A stretch of DNA of 64,000 nucleotides from an uncultured Chloroflexia bacterium (GTDB lineage Bacteria; Chloroflexota; Dehalococcoidia; Dehalococcoidales; RBG-16-60-22), in the NCBI GenBank assembly GCA_963739515.1, contig CAVUAO010000003.1:393891-457890 (forward strand), given 5' to 3'. Below, piece by piece: positions 45,147 to 54,812 of this stretch. The notes under the pieces were generated by a model. It did no database searches. It was not told the origin of the DNA and worked only from the letters and a program-made list of their open reading frames with translations. The position numbers and the translations under genes are program-made. Numbering within the stretch: the stretch's first letter is position 1; every line of letters begins with the position of its first letter.

Positions 45147-46613
45147 CTATTTGGGAATTTCGCTCAGTTTTATACCCAGAGCATCGGCGACACCCTTGCC
45201 ATAGGCTTTATCAGCCTTCAGGCAGTTTCCGATATGCCTGATTTTGACTTCCTTCGGCGCATCTTTGATGGCGCGGGCGGTATTTTCAAAAAGCGCCTTC
45301 TGCTGGGCGGGTTTCATCAGGCGGAAAAGCTTGCCCGGCTGGGTATAGTAATCATCATCGTCTTCCCGGAAATTCCAATGGTCGGCGGCGCCTTCCAGTT
45401 TGAGCGGCGGTTCCTTAAAATCCGGCTGCTCCTGCCACTCCTGATAGCTGTTCGGCTCATAACCGAGCGTACTGCCATAGTTGCCGTCAACCCGCATGGC
45501 GCCATCGCGATGATAACTATTAGCGGGGAAGCGGGGCGCGTTAACCGGTATCAGTTGATGATTGACTCCCAGGCGGTAACGCTGCGCATCGCCATAGGAA
45601 AAAAGCCGGCCCTGCAGCATTTTATCCGGCGAGAAACCGATACCCGGCACGATATTGGCCGGATTGAAAGCCGCCTGTTCCACATCCGCGAAGTAGTTTT
45701 CGGGATTGCGGTTAAGCTCCAGCACGCCCACTTCGATCAAGGGATAATCCTTGTGGTACCAGACCTTGGTGAGGTCGAAGGGATTATAGGGCATTTTAAC
45801 CGCGTCTTTTTCCGGCATGATCTGGAAATACATGGTCCAGCGGGGATAATCACCCTTTTCAATGCTTTCATACAGGTCACGCTGGTTACTCTCCCGGTCT
45901 TTAGCAACAATGGCTTCGGCCTGGGCGTCGGTCAGATTTTCGATGCCCTGCTGTGTTTTCAAATGGAACTTCACCCAGAACCTTTCGTTTTTGGCGTTGA
46001 TGAGACTGAAGGTATGGCTGCCGAATCCGTGCATATGGCGGTAGGAATAAGGAATACCACGGTCGCTCATGACGATAGTAACCTGATGCAGCGCCTCCGG
46101 CAGAGAAGTCCAGAAGTCCCAGTTGTTTTTGGCACTGCGCATATTGGTACGCGGGTCCCGCTTTACGGCGTGATTAAGGTCGGGGAATTTAAGAGGGTCG
46201 CGCAGGAAGAACACGGGCGTATTGTTGCCGACCAGGTCCCAGTTACCTTCTTCGGTATAGAACTTCATGGCAAAGCCGCGGATATCGCGCTCGGCATCGG
46301 CGGCGCCGCGCTCACCGGCAACCGTCGAGAAGCGCAGGAAACACTCGGTTTTTTTACCCACCGCGGCAAAGATTTTAGCTTTGGTATAGCGGGTAACGTT
46401 CCTGGTGACGGTGAATGTCCCAAAGGCGCCGGAACCCTTGGCGTGCATGCGCCGCTCGGGGATGACCTCGCGGTCAAAATGGCCCAGTTTTTCGAGGAAC
46501 CAGACATCCTGCAACAACGCGGGGCCTCTCGGACCGGCGGTCATCGTATTCTGGTTATCGACGACGGGAGCGCCGGCAGCAGTCGTCAGTTTTGACTTCT
46601 TTTTATTTGCCAT
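45147..46613 (-). CDS. Monofunctional heme catalase (small-subunit type)
   Basis: 488 aa. ..[20 protein letters not shown].. (distal His region) and ..[14 protein letters not shown].. (proximal Tyr region). Confidence 0.92.
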   Translation of the reverse strand: MANKKKSKLTTAAGAPVVDNQNTMTAGPRGPALLQDVWFLEKLGHFDREVIPERRMHAKGSGAFGTFTVTRNVTRYTKAKIFAAVGKKTECFLRFSTVAGERGAADAERDIRGFAMKFYTEEGNWDLVGNNTPVFFLRDPLKFPDLNHAVKRDPRTNMRSAKNNWDFWTSLPEALHQVTIVMSDRGIPYSYRHMHGFGSHTFSLINAKNERFWVKFHLKTQQGIENLTDAQAEAIVAKDRESNQRDLYESIEKGDYPRWTMYFQIMPEKDAVKMPYNPFDLTKVWYHKDYPLIEVGVLELNRNPENYFADVEQAAFNPANIVPGIGFSPDKMLQGRLFSYGDAQRYRLGVNHQLIPVNAPRFPANSYHRDGAMRVDGNYGSTLGYEPNSYQEWQEQPDFKEPPLKLEGAADHWNFREDDDDYYTQPGKLFRLMKPAQQKALFENTARAIKDAPKEVKIRHIGNCLKADKAYGKGVADALGIKLSEIPK

Positions 46614-46761
46614 TTTTTCTCTCCTTTAGACAGCGATACTCACTGCTTTTTCATTATCATCATAAATCGACCATTTAAGCAACACTGTGACATTTATCCT
46701 ATATTTTACGGAAAAATTATGGCACGATTATTCCTGTAACGGTCCAATGAGGAGGAAAGAT

Positions 46762-47967
46762 ATGGTAAAGCACACGGGCGACTTAAAACCGAGAGAGATT
46801 AAAAAAGATATTTATTGCGTCGGCGCGGTGGACTGGGATAGAAGATTATTCGATTCTCTGATACCGCTGCCCGACGGAACGAGCTATAACGCCTATTTAA
46901 TCAAGGGCAGCGACAAGACCGTACTTATCGATACCGTAGACCCGCCGATGAAAGAAATATTATTCAGCAATCTCGACCAGCTGGATATTAAAAAAATAGA
47001 CTACGTTATTTTTAATCACGCCGAACCAGACCATTCCGGCAGCATCGCCGAAGTACTAGCAAAATTCCCAGAAGCCAAAGCCGTCTGCACGCCCAAGTGC
47101 AAAGGGATGCTCATCGACCGGTTCGGGGTCGCCGATGTCAGATTCAAAACGGTCGAAGACAAAGAAACGATATCGCTGGGCAACCGGACGCTGGAATTCA
47201 TTTACGCCCCCTGGGTGCACTGGCCGGAGACCATGCTCACCTATCTCCGCGAGGAAAGGATACTGTTCCCGTGCGATTTCTTCGGCTCGCATATCGCGAC
47301 CACGGACCTGTACGTGCGGGATGTCGGGCAGGAATACGAAGCCGCCAAGAGGTACTGGGCGGAAATCATGATGCCCTTCCGGCTCGTGATACAGAAGAAC
47401 CTGGAGAAAATCAAGGACTATAAAATAGACATCATCGCGCCCAGCCACGGGCCGATGCACGATAAACCGGAGTTCATCATCAAAGCCTACCGCAGCTGGG
47501 CCTACGACGAGCCGGGGAACATCGTGGTGATTCCATACATATCGATGCACGGCATCACCCGCCGGATGGTGACCTACCTCGTCGAAGCGCTGAGTCGAAG
47601 GGGCGTCACCGTAAAGGAATTCGACCTGGCCGGGGGCGATATCGGCAAGCTGGCCGGCGCGCTCGTGGACGCCGCCACCATCGTCATCGGCACGCCGACC
47701 GTCCTGACCGGGCCCCATCCCGGGGCGGCCTACGCCGCCCTCCTGGCCAACGCCCTCAAACCCAAGGCGAAGTTCGCCTCGGTCATCGGCTCCTACGGGT
47801 GGGGAGGCAGGGCCGTGGAGCAAATCGCCGCCATGATTCCCAATCTAAAAGTCGAAATTTTGCCGCCGGTATATTGCCAGGGCGCGCCCAAAGACGCCGA
47901 CTACCAGGCGCTGGACAACCTGGCCGCCACCATCGCGCAAAAGCATCAAGAAAATAAACTGGCCTGA
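46762..47967 (+). CDS. Flavodiiron protein (type A flavoprotein; MBL-like plus flavodoxin domains)
   Basis: ATG 46762 is preceded by GAGGAGG. It has the diiron motif NHAEPDHSG (HxExDH) and a C-terminal flavodoxin-like domain. The track start 46687 is an upstream GTG. Confidence 0.85.
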   Translation: MVKHTGDLKPREIKKDIYCVGAVDWDRRLFDSLIPLPDGTSYNAYLIKGSDKTVLIDTVDPPMKEILFSNLDQLDIKKIDYVIFNHAEPDHSGSIAEVLAKFPEAKAVCTPKCKGMLIDRFGVADVRFKTVEDKETISLGNRTLEFIYAPWVHWPETMLTYLREERILFPCDFFGSHIATTDLYVRDVGQEYEAAKRYWAEIMMPFRLVIQKNLEKIKDYKIDIIAPSHGPMHDKPEFIIKAYRSWAYDEPGNIVVIPYISMHGITRRMVTYLVEALSRRGVTVKEFDLAGGDIGKLAGALVDAATIVIGTPTVLTGPHPGAAYAALLANALKPKAKFASVIGSYGWGGRAVEQIAAMIPNLKVEILPPVYCQGAPKDADYQALDNLAATIAQKHQENKLA

Positions 47968-47993
47968 TATATTAAATACAAGGAGGGGACGAT

Positions 47994-48239
47994 ATGTTGA
48001 AACTTTCGGCAAAATCCAAACACAGTCCGGAAGAGGTCATCAAACGCGCCGTGAAATACTTCGGGCCGGAGGGCTTCGGCCTGAAGGTCAATGACGAGGG
48101 CAACTGCTGCGTCACCTTCGAAGGGGGCGGCGGCGGGGTGTACGTGACCGCTTCAGAAGAAAAGAAGGGGAGTACGGTCGACCTGGAATCCCGGGAGTGG
48201 GATTACCAGGCGCAGGAATTTATCCGGAAAGTCAAATAA
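47994..48239 (+). CDS. Hypothetical small protein
   Basis: 81 aa with RBS AGGAGGGG upstream; no recognisable motif. It lies between the FDP and SOD genes. Confidence 0.45.
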   Translation: MLKLSAKSKHSPEEVIKRAVKYFGPEGFGLKVNDEGNCCVTFEGGGGGVYVTASEEKKGSTVDLESREWDYQAQEFIRKVK

Positions 48240-48290
48240 GCCGTACTGGCGGGCGACAATATTAAAAATCGAAAAAAAGGAGAATTTACT

Positions 48291-48869
48291 ATGGCGTTCA
48301 CAGCAAAGGACTACAACAAACTAATCGGCATGGAGGGCTTCAGCAATACCCTTTTGAACAATCACATCACGCTCTACCAGGGGTACGTGACCAACACCAA
48401 TAAATTAATAGACGCCCTGGCGGCGATGGCCAAAGACGGCAAGACCGCCACGCCGGAATACGCCGAGCTGAAACGGCGGTTCGGGTGGGAGTTCGACGGG
48501 ATGAGGCTCCACGAGTACTATTTCGAGAACCTGGGGGGCAAGAGCGCCCTGGTCAAGAACGGAGTGCTGGGGAAGCTGATCGCGGCAAACTTCGGAAGCT
48601 ACGAAGAGTGGGAGCAGAACTTCCGGGCGATGGGGGCGATGCGGGGGATAGGGTGGGTAATACTTTACTACGACGTCCCCTCCTGCCAACTCTGCAACGT
48701 GTGGATTAACGAGCATGACGCCGGCCACCTGGCGGGCTGCCAGCCCATCCTCATCATGGACGTCTTCGAGCACGCCTACATGATCGATTACGGACTTAAG
48801 CGGGCGGACTACATCGCGGCATTCTTCAAGAACATCAACTGGAGAGCGGCGGAGGGGCGGATAAAATAG
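48291..48869 (+). CDS. Fe/Mn-family superoxide dismutase
   Basis: 192 aa with the C-terminal DVFEHAYMIDY (DxxEHAYY-like) metal-ligand motif. The N-terminal His region is divergent (..LNNHITLYQGYV..). Confidence 0.75.
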   Translation: MAFTAKDYNKLIGMEGFSNTLLNNHITLYQGYVTNTNKLIDALAAMAKDGKTATPEYAELKRRFGWEFDGMRLHEYYFENLGGKSALVKNGVLGKLIAANFGSYEEWEQNFRAMGAMRGIGWVILYYDVPSCQLCNVWINEHDAGHLAGCQPILIMDVFEHAYMIDYGLKRADYIAAFFKNINWRAAEGRIK

Positions 48870-48906
48870 TTAGAATCTCGCGACAGGATTTCAGGGAGGC
48901 AAGACA

Positions 48907-49290
48907 ATGAAGAGGACCATACTCTTGACGATGTCGTGCATTCTGATCATCGTGGGGCTGCTGGCGGCCATTTCCTGCGGGACGTCATACCAAAGCACAA
49001 CGCCACCGCCAACCACGCCAACCCAGGGGCCCGGGACACCCCAGACCAACGCGGTGACTATCCAGAACCTTGCTTTTTCCCCGGCCGCGCTAACGGTAGC
49101 CGTCGGTACCACGGTGACCTGGACCAACAATGATGCGACCACCCACACGGTAACCTCGAAAACGGGACTGTTCGATAGCGGGCCGTTGAACAAGGGAGGC
49201 ACCTTCAGCTATACCTTTAATAGTAAAGGGGTTTTCGAATACCACTGCACGATTCATCCGTCGATGAACGGCACCGTGACCGTACAATAG
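48907..49290 (+). CDS. Cupredoxin (plastocyanin/amicyanin-like blue copper) lipoprotein
   Basis: Signal peptide with ..LAAISCG lipobox. ..TTHTVTS.. and ..YHCTIHPSMNG.. supply the His/Cys/His/Met copper ligands. Confidence 0.8.
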   Translation: MKRTILLTMSCILIIVGLLAAISCGTSYQSTTPPPTTPTQGPGTPQTNAVTIQNLAFSPAALTVAVGTTVTWTNNDATTHTVTSKTGLFDSGPLNKGGTFSYTFNSKGVFEYHCTIHPSMNGTVTVQ

Positions 49291-49319
49291 CACGCCGTTA
49301 AATAAGGAGACACCTTTTC

Positions 49320-49562
49320 ATGATAAGCGCACTGACGGCCAGCCGGGTTATCGTGGTGCTGGGCATCATCAACCTGACGAGCGGGCTGGTGATATTATTT
49401 ACCTGCCGGTGCGTGCCGCTCATGAGGTTAGGCAAGGGCCTGATGAAACGCGGCTGGTACCTGAAATTTTACAAGCTGCACGGCTATATCTGGTGGATTT
49501 TCTGGGGCTCGGTAGTAGTGCACGCCATCTTCGCCTTAATTTATTACGGGTGGCCGTTTTAA
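49320..49562 (+). CDS. Small membrane protein
   Basis: 80 aa with two hydrophobic helices; no known motif. Confidence 0.4.
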   Translation: MISALTASRVIVVLGIINLTSGLVILFTCRCVPLMRLGKGLMKRGWYLKFYKLHGYIWWIFWGSVVVHAIFALIYYGWPF

Positions 49563-49591
49563 GAGGGAAAACAGGGTATCTAAGAGGGGCG

Positions 49592-50893
49592 CTAATCCAG
49601 CAGCTCCATGATGTGCCTGACCTGAACGGTCTTCTGATGCTGAGCCAGGCTATCGATAAGATGTATCTCACAGCCGGGGCAAGCGGTGACGACGACATCA
49701 GCGCCCGTCGCGGCAATAGAGTCGACCTTCCGGGCGGCGATTTTTTGGGATAAATCGTAAAAATAGATACTGAAAGTCCCCGCCATACCACAGCAGGCCG
49801 CGGCGTCCGCCATTTCCACGTACTTGATATCGGGGAGGGACTTTAGGATTTTACGCGGCGGCTCCTTGACGCCCAGGTAGCGTCCCAGGTGGCATGGCTC
49901 GTGCCAGGTCACGGTCTTGCCGCGGAACTCCGCCGCTACATGGTAGGCGGAGGGGGGCAACTGCAAAACGTCCACCAGGAACTCGGTAATGTCTTTAATC
50001 TTTGCCGCGAACTCCTGATAATCTTTTTTTCTTGCTTCGTTATCCGCTAAAAATTTAACGTAGTTCTTCATCGCCGAGGCACAGGTAGCGCAGTCGGTAA
50101 CGATATATTCCAGATTATTAAAAGCCTTCACATTGGTATCGGCAAAGCGGCGGCCGGCGACGAAATCCCCGGCGCCTAAAAAGACCGGGGCGCCGCAGCA
50201 CCCCTGAGCCCGCGGCACGACTACCTCCACGCCGTTCTTATTTAAAAAACTGATAATTTTCTTGCCCAGCTCGGGAAAAACAAAATCCGTCATACAGCCG
50301 GTAAAATAGCCGACGGTGTACTTCACTTTAACGCCGGCCGGGGGCTTGTTTACCTCCGGGACGGACTGGCGCAGGAACTTGGGGGCTATCTGGGGGATAT
50401 GGCGGCCCTTACCGAGGGCGGAAAGGAAAAAGGAAAGATGGCGCACCGTCCCCTGTGTCTTCGGGAGAAAAATGCCCTGGAACCAGGAAGCGAAGCGTAC
50501 CACCCAGCCAAAGAGGCGGCGGCGCGGCAGCAGCCAGCGGAAAATAAAGTTATAGGGGAAAGGCACGCCCTTTTTCGCCACTTTATCCGCGCGGGCGGCG
50601 GCAATTACCGCGGGCACCTGCGTACCGGCCGGGCAGTTCTGGGAGCAGGTCAGGCACAAAGTGCATTTATTGAGCTGCTGCGCCATCTCATCGGTAAGAG
50701 TCAGCGAGCCGTCAAGCAGGGCGCGGACGAGCATGATTTTACCGCGCGCCACCGACGACTCGACGCGCTCTTCGCGGTAAACGGGGCAGGCGGACATACA
50801 GAAGCCGCACTTGGTACAGCGGTCGAGGTCGGCTTTGAATTTTTCCACCTGGGCAAAGTCAGGACTGGTCTTCATGATTCGGGTTCTTCCCAA
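49592..50893 (-). CDS. (Fe-S)-binding CCG-domain protein, GlcF-like
   Basis: CTKCGFCMSACP and CTLCLTCSQNCP clusters. Two CCG-type domains (..GCCGAP.., ..ACCGMAG.., ..TACPGC). Confidence 0.8.
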   Translation of the reverse strand: MGRTRIMKTSPDFAQVEKFKADLDRCTKCGFCMSACPVYREERVESSVARGKIMLVRALLDGSLTLTDEMAQQLNKCTLCLTCSQNCPAGTQVPAVIAAARADKVAKKGVPFPYNFIFRWLLPRRRLFGWVVRFASWFQGIFLPKTQGTVRHLSFFLSALGKGRHIPQIAPKFLRQSVPEVNKPPAGVKVKYTVGYFTGCMTDFVFPELGKKIISFLNKNGVEVVVPRAQGCCGAPVFLGAGDFVAGRRFADTNVKAFNNLEYIVTDCATCASAMKNYVKFLADNEARKKDYQEFAAKIKDITEFLVDVLQLPPSAYHVAAEFRGKTVTWHEPCHLGRYLGVKEPPRKILKSLPDIKYVEMADAAACCGMAGTFSIYFYDLSQKIAARKVDSIAATGADVVVTACPGCEIHLIDSLAQHQKTVQVRHIMELLD

Positions 50894-52260
50894 ATTTTAC
50901 CGGGGTTGAGGATATGATGGGGGTCGAGGACATCTTTGATTTTCTTCATAATTTCTATCGCCGCGGGGTCCATGGCTTTTTTCAGGAAGCGCTGTTTTTC
51001 CAGACCGATACCGTGCTCGCCGGAAAGCACGCCTCCCAGCGACATGGCTATCTCGATAATATCGTCAATGCATTGCAGGGCGCGCCCGTAATGCTCCTTA
51101 TCGCGGCTATCCGTGAGCACGACCGGATGAAAATTACCGTCGCCGACATGGCCAGCAAAGCTGATGGGAACATCATGGCGGCGGGCGCTCGCCTGGCTCA
51201 ACTTAATGAAATCGGCGATTTTATCCCGCGGCACGGACACGTCCTCATTAATGATGGTATGGGCGCGACTGGAGATATCCGAGAAGTGGGCCTGGCGCGC
51301 CTGCCAGTAGCGGGCGGCTTCGGCTTTATCCGCCGCCACTCTGACTTCAGCGGCGCGGCGCTGACATATCGCCAGGACCTGCTCGGTCTCGGCGGCCACC
51401 GTCTCCGGCAGACCATCGACCTGAATAAGCAGGATTACCTGGGAGCTATCGAGAACGGCGTCCGGCAAAAGACCGCGGAACTTGGTAAACGTCCAGTTAT
51501 CGACGAACTCGACCTTGGAAGGCAGGACGCTAGAGGCAATAATTTCCGTAACGGTCTCGCCGGCCACGGCCACATCGCGGAAAACAGCCACGATGGTCTG
51601 CTCAGACTTAGGCGCCGGGAGCAGTCGTAAAGTAATCTTAGTGATAACGCCCAGCGTGCCCTCGGAGCCGGTAAAAAGCATCATCAGCTCGTAGCCCGTC
51701 CGGTTCTTGGGCGTGAGACCGCCCAGCTTCACCGTCCGGCCGTCCGCCAGCACCACCTCCAGGCCCAGAACATACTGCTTGGTGACGCCGTATTTGAGGC
51801 AGGAAGGACCGCCGGAGTTTTCCGCCACGACGCCGCCCATAGTGCAGCCGGCAAAGCTCTGCGGGTCCGGCGGGAAGAACAGCCCTTCTTGAGCTAAAGC
51901 TGCCTGGAAGTCCTGCAAGACCACGCCGGGCTCGACGGCGGCGTTCAGATTGGTCTTGTTAATATCGATAATGCGATTCATCCGGGTGGTGCACAGGACA
52001 ATGCCGCCGCGAATGGGGATAGAGCCGCCGCTGACATTGGTACCGCCGCCCCGCGGCGTGACTGGAATAGCGTTGGCGTTAGCCAGCTTAAGTATCTCCG
52101 ATATCTGGTCGGCCCGGGAAGGTAAAACGACTACGTCCGGCCGGTGCGACCACATATTGGTGCCGTCATAAGAATAGGCCACCATCTCTTCCGGAGAGGT
52201 CAGCACGTTGTTCCTGCCGACGATGCGGCGCAGTTTTTCAATAAAGCCGGAATCAATCAT
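50872..52260 (-). CDS. FAD-linked oxidase, GlcD / D-lactate dehydrogenase-like
   Basis: ..PVTPRGGGTNVSGG.. FAD-binding PCMH motif. I place the start at ATG 52260 (MIDSGFIEKLRRIVG..). The track extension to 52335 is translated repeat DNA. Confidence 0.82.
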   Translation of the reverse strand: MIDSGFIEKLRRIVGRNNVLTSPEEMVAYSYDGTNMWSHRPDVVVLPSRADQISEILKLANANAIPVTPRGGGTNVSGGSIPIRGGIVLCTTRMNRIIDINKTNLNAAVEPGVVLQDFQAALAQEGLFFPPDPQSFAGCTMGGVVAENSGGPSCLKYGVTKQYVLGLEVVLADGRTVKLGGLTPKNRTGYELMMLFTGSEGTLGVITKITLRLLPAPKSEQTIVAVFRDVAVAGETVTEIIASSVLPSKVEFVDNWTFTKFRGLLPDAVLDSSQVILLIQVDGLPETVAAETEQVLAICQRRAAEVRVAADKAEAARYWQARQAHFSDISSRAHTIINEDVSVPRDKIADFIKLSQASARRHDVPISFAGHVGDGNFHPVVLTDSRDKEHYGRALQCIDDIIEIAMSLGGVLSGEHGIGLEKQRFLKKAMDPAAIEIMKKIKDVLDPHHILNPGKIWEEPES

Positions 52261-52275
52261 AATAGTTTCGACCTT

Positions 52276-52630
52276 ACCCCCTTTATCCCCCTTTCCTTCA
52301 AAGGAGAGGGGGAAGATTTTTAAGAGGGGGTGCAACCCCCTCTTTTTCTTACTCCCCCTTCCCTTTCTAAGGGAAGGGGGCTAAGGGGGATAGGTTCCAA
52401 AAAATTCACTCCCACTATTACTTTACCGTTTTACAGGCGCACGTTCAAGCTTGAATTTACAGCAGGGTGTCTAAGAGGGGCGAAGGGCGGGACGTAAATC
52501 CCTCTCTTATCTCCCTTTACGAAAGGGAGACGTCAATACCCCAAGAGAGTAGCCTGCTAAGAGGGGCGACGCCCCTCTTTTATTTTCTTCCCCCTCTCCT
52601 GGCAGGAGAGGGGGATTAAGGGGGTGAGGT
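52276..52630 (+). repeat. GC-rich hairpin repeat cluster: module-1-like, module 2, module 3, module 1
   Basis: Module 2 at 52321-52395 (TAAGAGGGGGTGCAACCCCCTCTT..CCCCCTTCCCTTTCTAAGGGAAGGGGGCTAAGGGGGATAGGT). Module 3 at 52495-52532. Module 1 at 52559-52630 (AAGAGGGGCGACGCCCCTCTT..CCCCCTCTCCTGGCAGGAGAGGGGGATTAAGGGGGTGAGGT). Confidence 0.85.
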
Positions 52631-52698
52631 AACTACCCTATTGCTTTACAGACTCTCGCTCTTTCTCTACAATAATACTGTAAGAAGGAGTTATCAAC

Positions 52699-53394
52699 AT
52701 GATTAAAGCCGTCTTTTTCGACCTGTACCAGACGCTGGTACGCTACGAGCCGCCGCGGGAAGAAATCGAGACCAGAGTACTTAAAGATTTCGGCATTAAG
52801 ACCAGCCCGGAGAAGCTGGTTCGGCCCATCATCGCCGCTGACGAATTCATCTATAACGAAATCGCCCGGCGGCCTTTAAGCGCCCGGTCGAAAGAAGAAA
52901 AGTTCACCCTTTACGCCCAATACCAGGCCATACTCCTGCGCGAAGCCGGGCTCAAATACGACCAGAAAGTCATCCCCAGCCTGCTCGCCGCCATGCAGCA
53001 ATCGCAGATGGACCTGGTCCTCTTCGACGACGTGGCGCCCACCCTGACCGACCTGAAAGGCAGGGGGCTGATACTGGGCCTGATTTCCAACGTCGAACAG
53101 GACATGGTGCAGACACTGACGAAACTCGGCCTTGCCGCCCGGCTGAAAATAGTCGTCACCTCGCAGGACGCCGGCGCCGGCAAACCGCGGCCGGAGATAT
53201 TCCGAGAGGCTTTAAAACGCGGCGGCTGCCAGGCAGCCGAGGCTATCTATATCGGCGACCAGTATAACGTGGACATCGTCGGGGCGAGGGGGGTGGGGAT
53301 GCAAGGGCTGCTCATCGACCGCAGCGATTACTACCGGGACATCACCGATTGCCCGCGCCTCAAGAGCCTTAAGGAAGTGGTCGGTTATTTATAG
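52699..53394 (+). CDS. HAD-superfamily hydrolase (subfamily IA-like)
   Basis: 231 aa. ..AVFFDLYQTLV.. (motif I variant), ..GLISNVE.. (motif II) and ..YIGDQYNVDIVGA.. (motif IV). Confidence 0.7.
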   Translation: MIKAVFFDLYQTLVRYEPPREEIETRVLKDFGIKTSPEKLVRPIIAADEFIYNEIARRPLSARSKEEKFTLYAQYQAILLREAGLKYDQKVIPSLLAAMQQSQMDLVLFDDVAPTLTDLKGRGLILGLISNVEQDMVQTLTKLGLAARLKIVVTSQDAGAGKPRPEIFREALKRGGCQAAEAIYIGDQYNVDIVGARGVGMQGLLIDRSDYYRDITDCPRLKSLKEVVGYL

Positions 53395-54753
53395 CTCTCC
53401 GCCGCCAAGGGGACATGCACGACACTTGCCCTGCGAGCACAGCGTTTTATAGATGTGGAGAAGTCCCTGCTGGCCCCGGGCGGAATTGACCGGGCACCGG
53501 CTGATGCCCAGCTGACGCCTCATGTGTTTTTCCACAGTGTTTTCCGCTGACGCGGGGTATCGGCGATATATCTCGAGGGCTTTTTCCGCCAGCGCCGGGC
53601 GCGCGGCGGTCCGCCCCCAGGCAACGGCAAAGGGCAACAGCACGTTAATGACGATGGCCTCCGCCCGGCTCTCCCCCAGCAGGGCCGGGACCGAGCGGCC
53701 AGCCGGCATGCCGAAGTCCATATGGCGACGCCAGTATCCTGCGGCATCTACCAGCAGTGCCTCCTCCAGGTCGTTCCTGCCCGTTTCTGACGAGGTTTGT
53801 TCCAGCAGATTAATCAGGCCCGCCGGCAAACCTTCTTTCCCGTAGCGGAGCAGGAGATAGCTCATGGCGGCGATGCGGCGGCAGGCCGAGTTACCCGGCC
53901 TGACTTTAAAAGAGTGCCAGTCACCGGCCGACATGGTCACCTTTTCTCCATAAGCTGACCAGGTCTTTTCGAGCCGGTCAACCCAGGCGTCACCAGTGTC
54001 ATTCAACCGGCGCCACCCCGTCCGCGACGACGGCAACAGCCCGGCCATACCCAGCAACAGAGACTGATAACTGACCAGGCATTCTTCATCCGAAATTTCT
54101 ACCGGCGACGCTGCCAGCAGCCGCGACAGCGGGATACGGCGGGACAGCTCGATCATGGGGACTTTATTTTTCGCATAACCCAGCGCGCCCATGATTCCCT
54201 GATACAAGGCCTGACCGGCCCCTACCAGGGACAGCGTCGCCCTGAATTCGGTTGTTGCGTCAGCAAACCGGCGTTCTCCGGCCGAGTCCAGGATTTCACC
54301 GACAAAAATATCGCCCCGACGGATAATAACATCGCGGCAGGGCATCCCCCGGCGGGACAAGAGACTGACAGGTGCGGCCTCCCGCGCGGTCTTGCTATTA
54401 ATGTATTTCGACAGCGCGAGGGTCGGCACCTTCCGGCCATTTTGCAGCACCACCGCCCGGGCTACGTCATGCCAGTAGACAACGTGCAGAATCACCCGGT
54501 TATAAAGGGGGTCCTGATGATGGCGGTGTCCCCACCAGCTGCTCGACCTGACGTGCACCTCGACGTCTCCTATCTGGAGAACGCCGCCGGTGGCGACAAT
54601 CGCATCGCGTAAATCCGCGCCCCGGTCATCGTTGGGACGGCCCGGATAGACCACATTAACCGGCCCGTCTTCCTCGGTGCACAGGTCAGTGCGTCCCGGC
54701 AGACAGTCCTGCCAGAATTTGACAACGCGGCTCTCCGGAAGGGCGCCGGCCAT
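53389..54753 (-). CDS. DUF2851-like protein
   Basis: 454 aa. ..VVYPGRPNDDRGADLRDAIV..IGDVEVHVRSSSWWGHRHHQDPLYNRVILHVVYWHD.. matches my memory of the DUF2851 N-terminal pattern. Function unknown. Confidence 0.45.
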   Translation of the reverse strand: MAGALPESRVVKFWQDCLPGRTDLCTEEDGPVNVVYPGRPNDDRGADLRDAIVATGGVLQIGDVEVHVRSSSWWGHRHHQDPLYNRVILHVVYWHDVARAVVLQNGRKVPTLALSKYINSKTAREAAPVSLLSRRGMPCRDVIIRRGDIFVGEILDSAGERRFADATTEFRATLSLVGAGQALYQGIMGALGYAKNKVPMIELSRRIPLSRLLAASPVEISDEECLVSYQSLLLGMAGLLPSSRTGWRRLNDTGDAWVDRLEKTWSAYGEKVTMSAGDWHSFKVRPGNSACRRIAAMSYLLLRYGKEGLPAGLINLLEQTSSETGRNDLEEALLVDAAGYWRRHMDFGMPAGRSVPALLGESRAEAIVINVLLPFAVAWGRTAARPALAEKALEIYRRYPASAENTVEKHMRRQLGISRCPVNSARGQQGLLHIYKTLCSQGKCRACPLGGGEL

Positions 54754-54812
54754 TCACCTCACCCCCTTAGAGCGAGTAGTTGGTAGTCAATAATAAGTAA
54801 TCAGGTTTGAAG

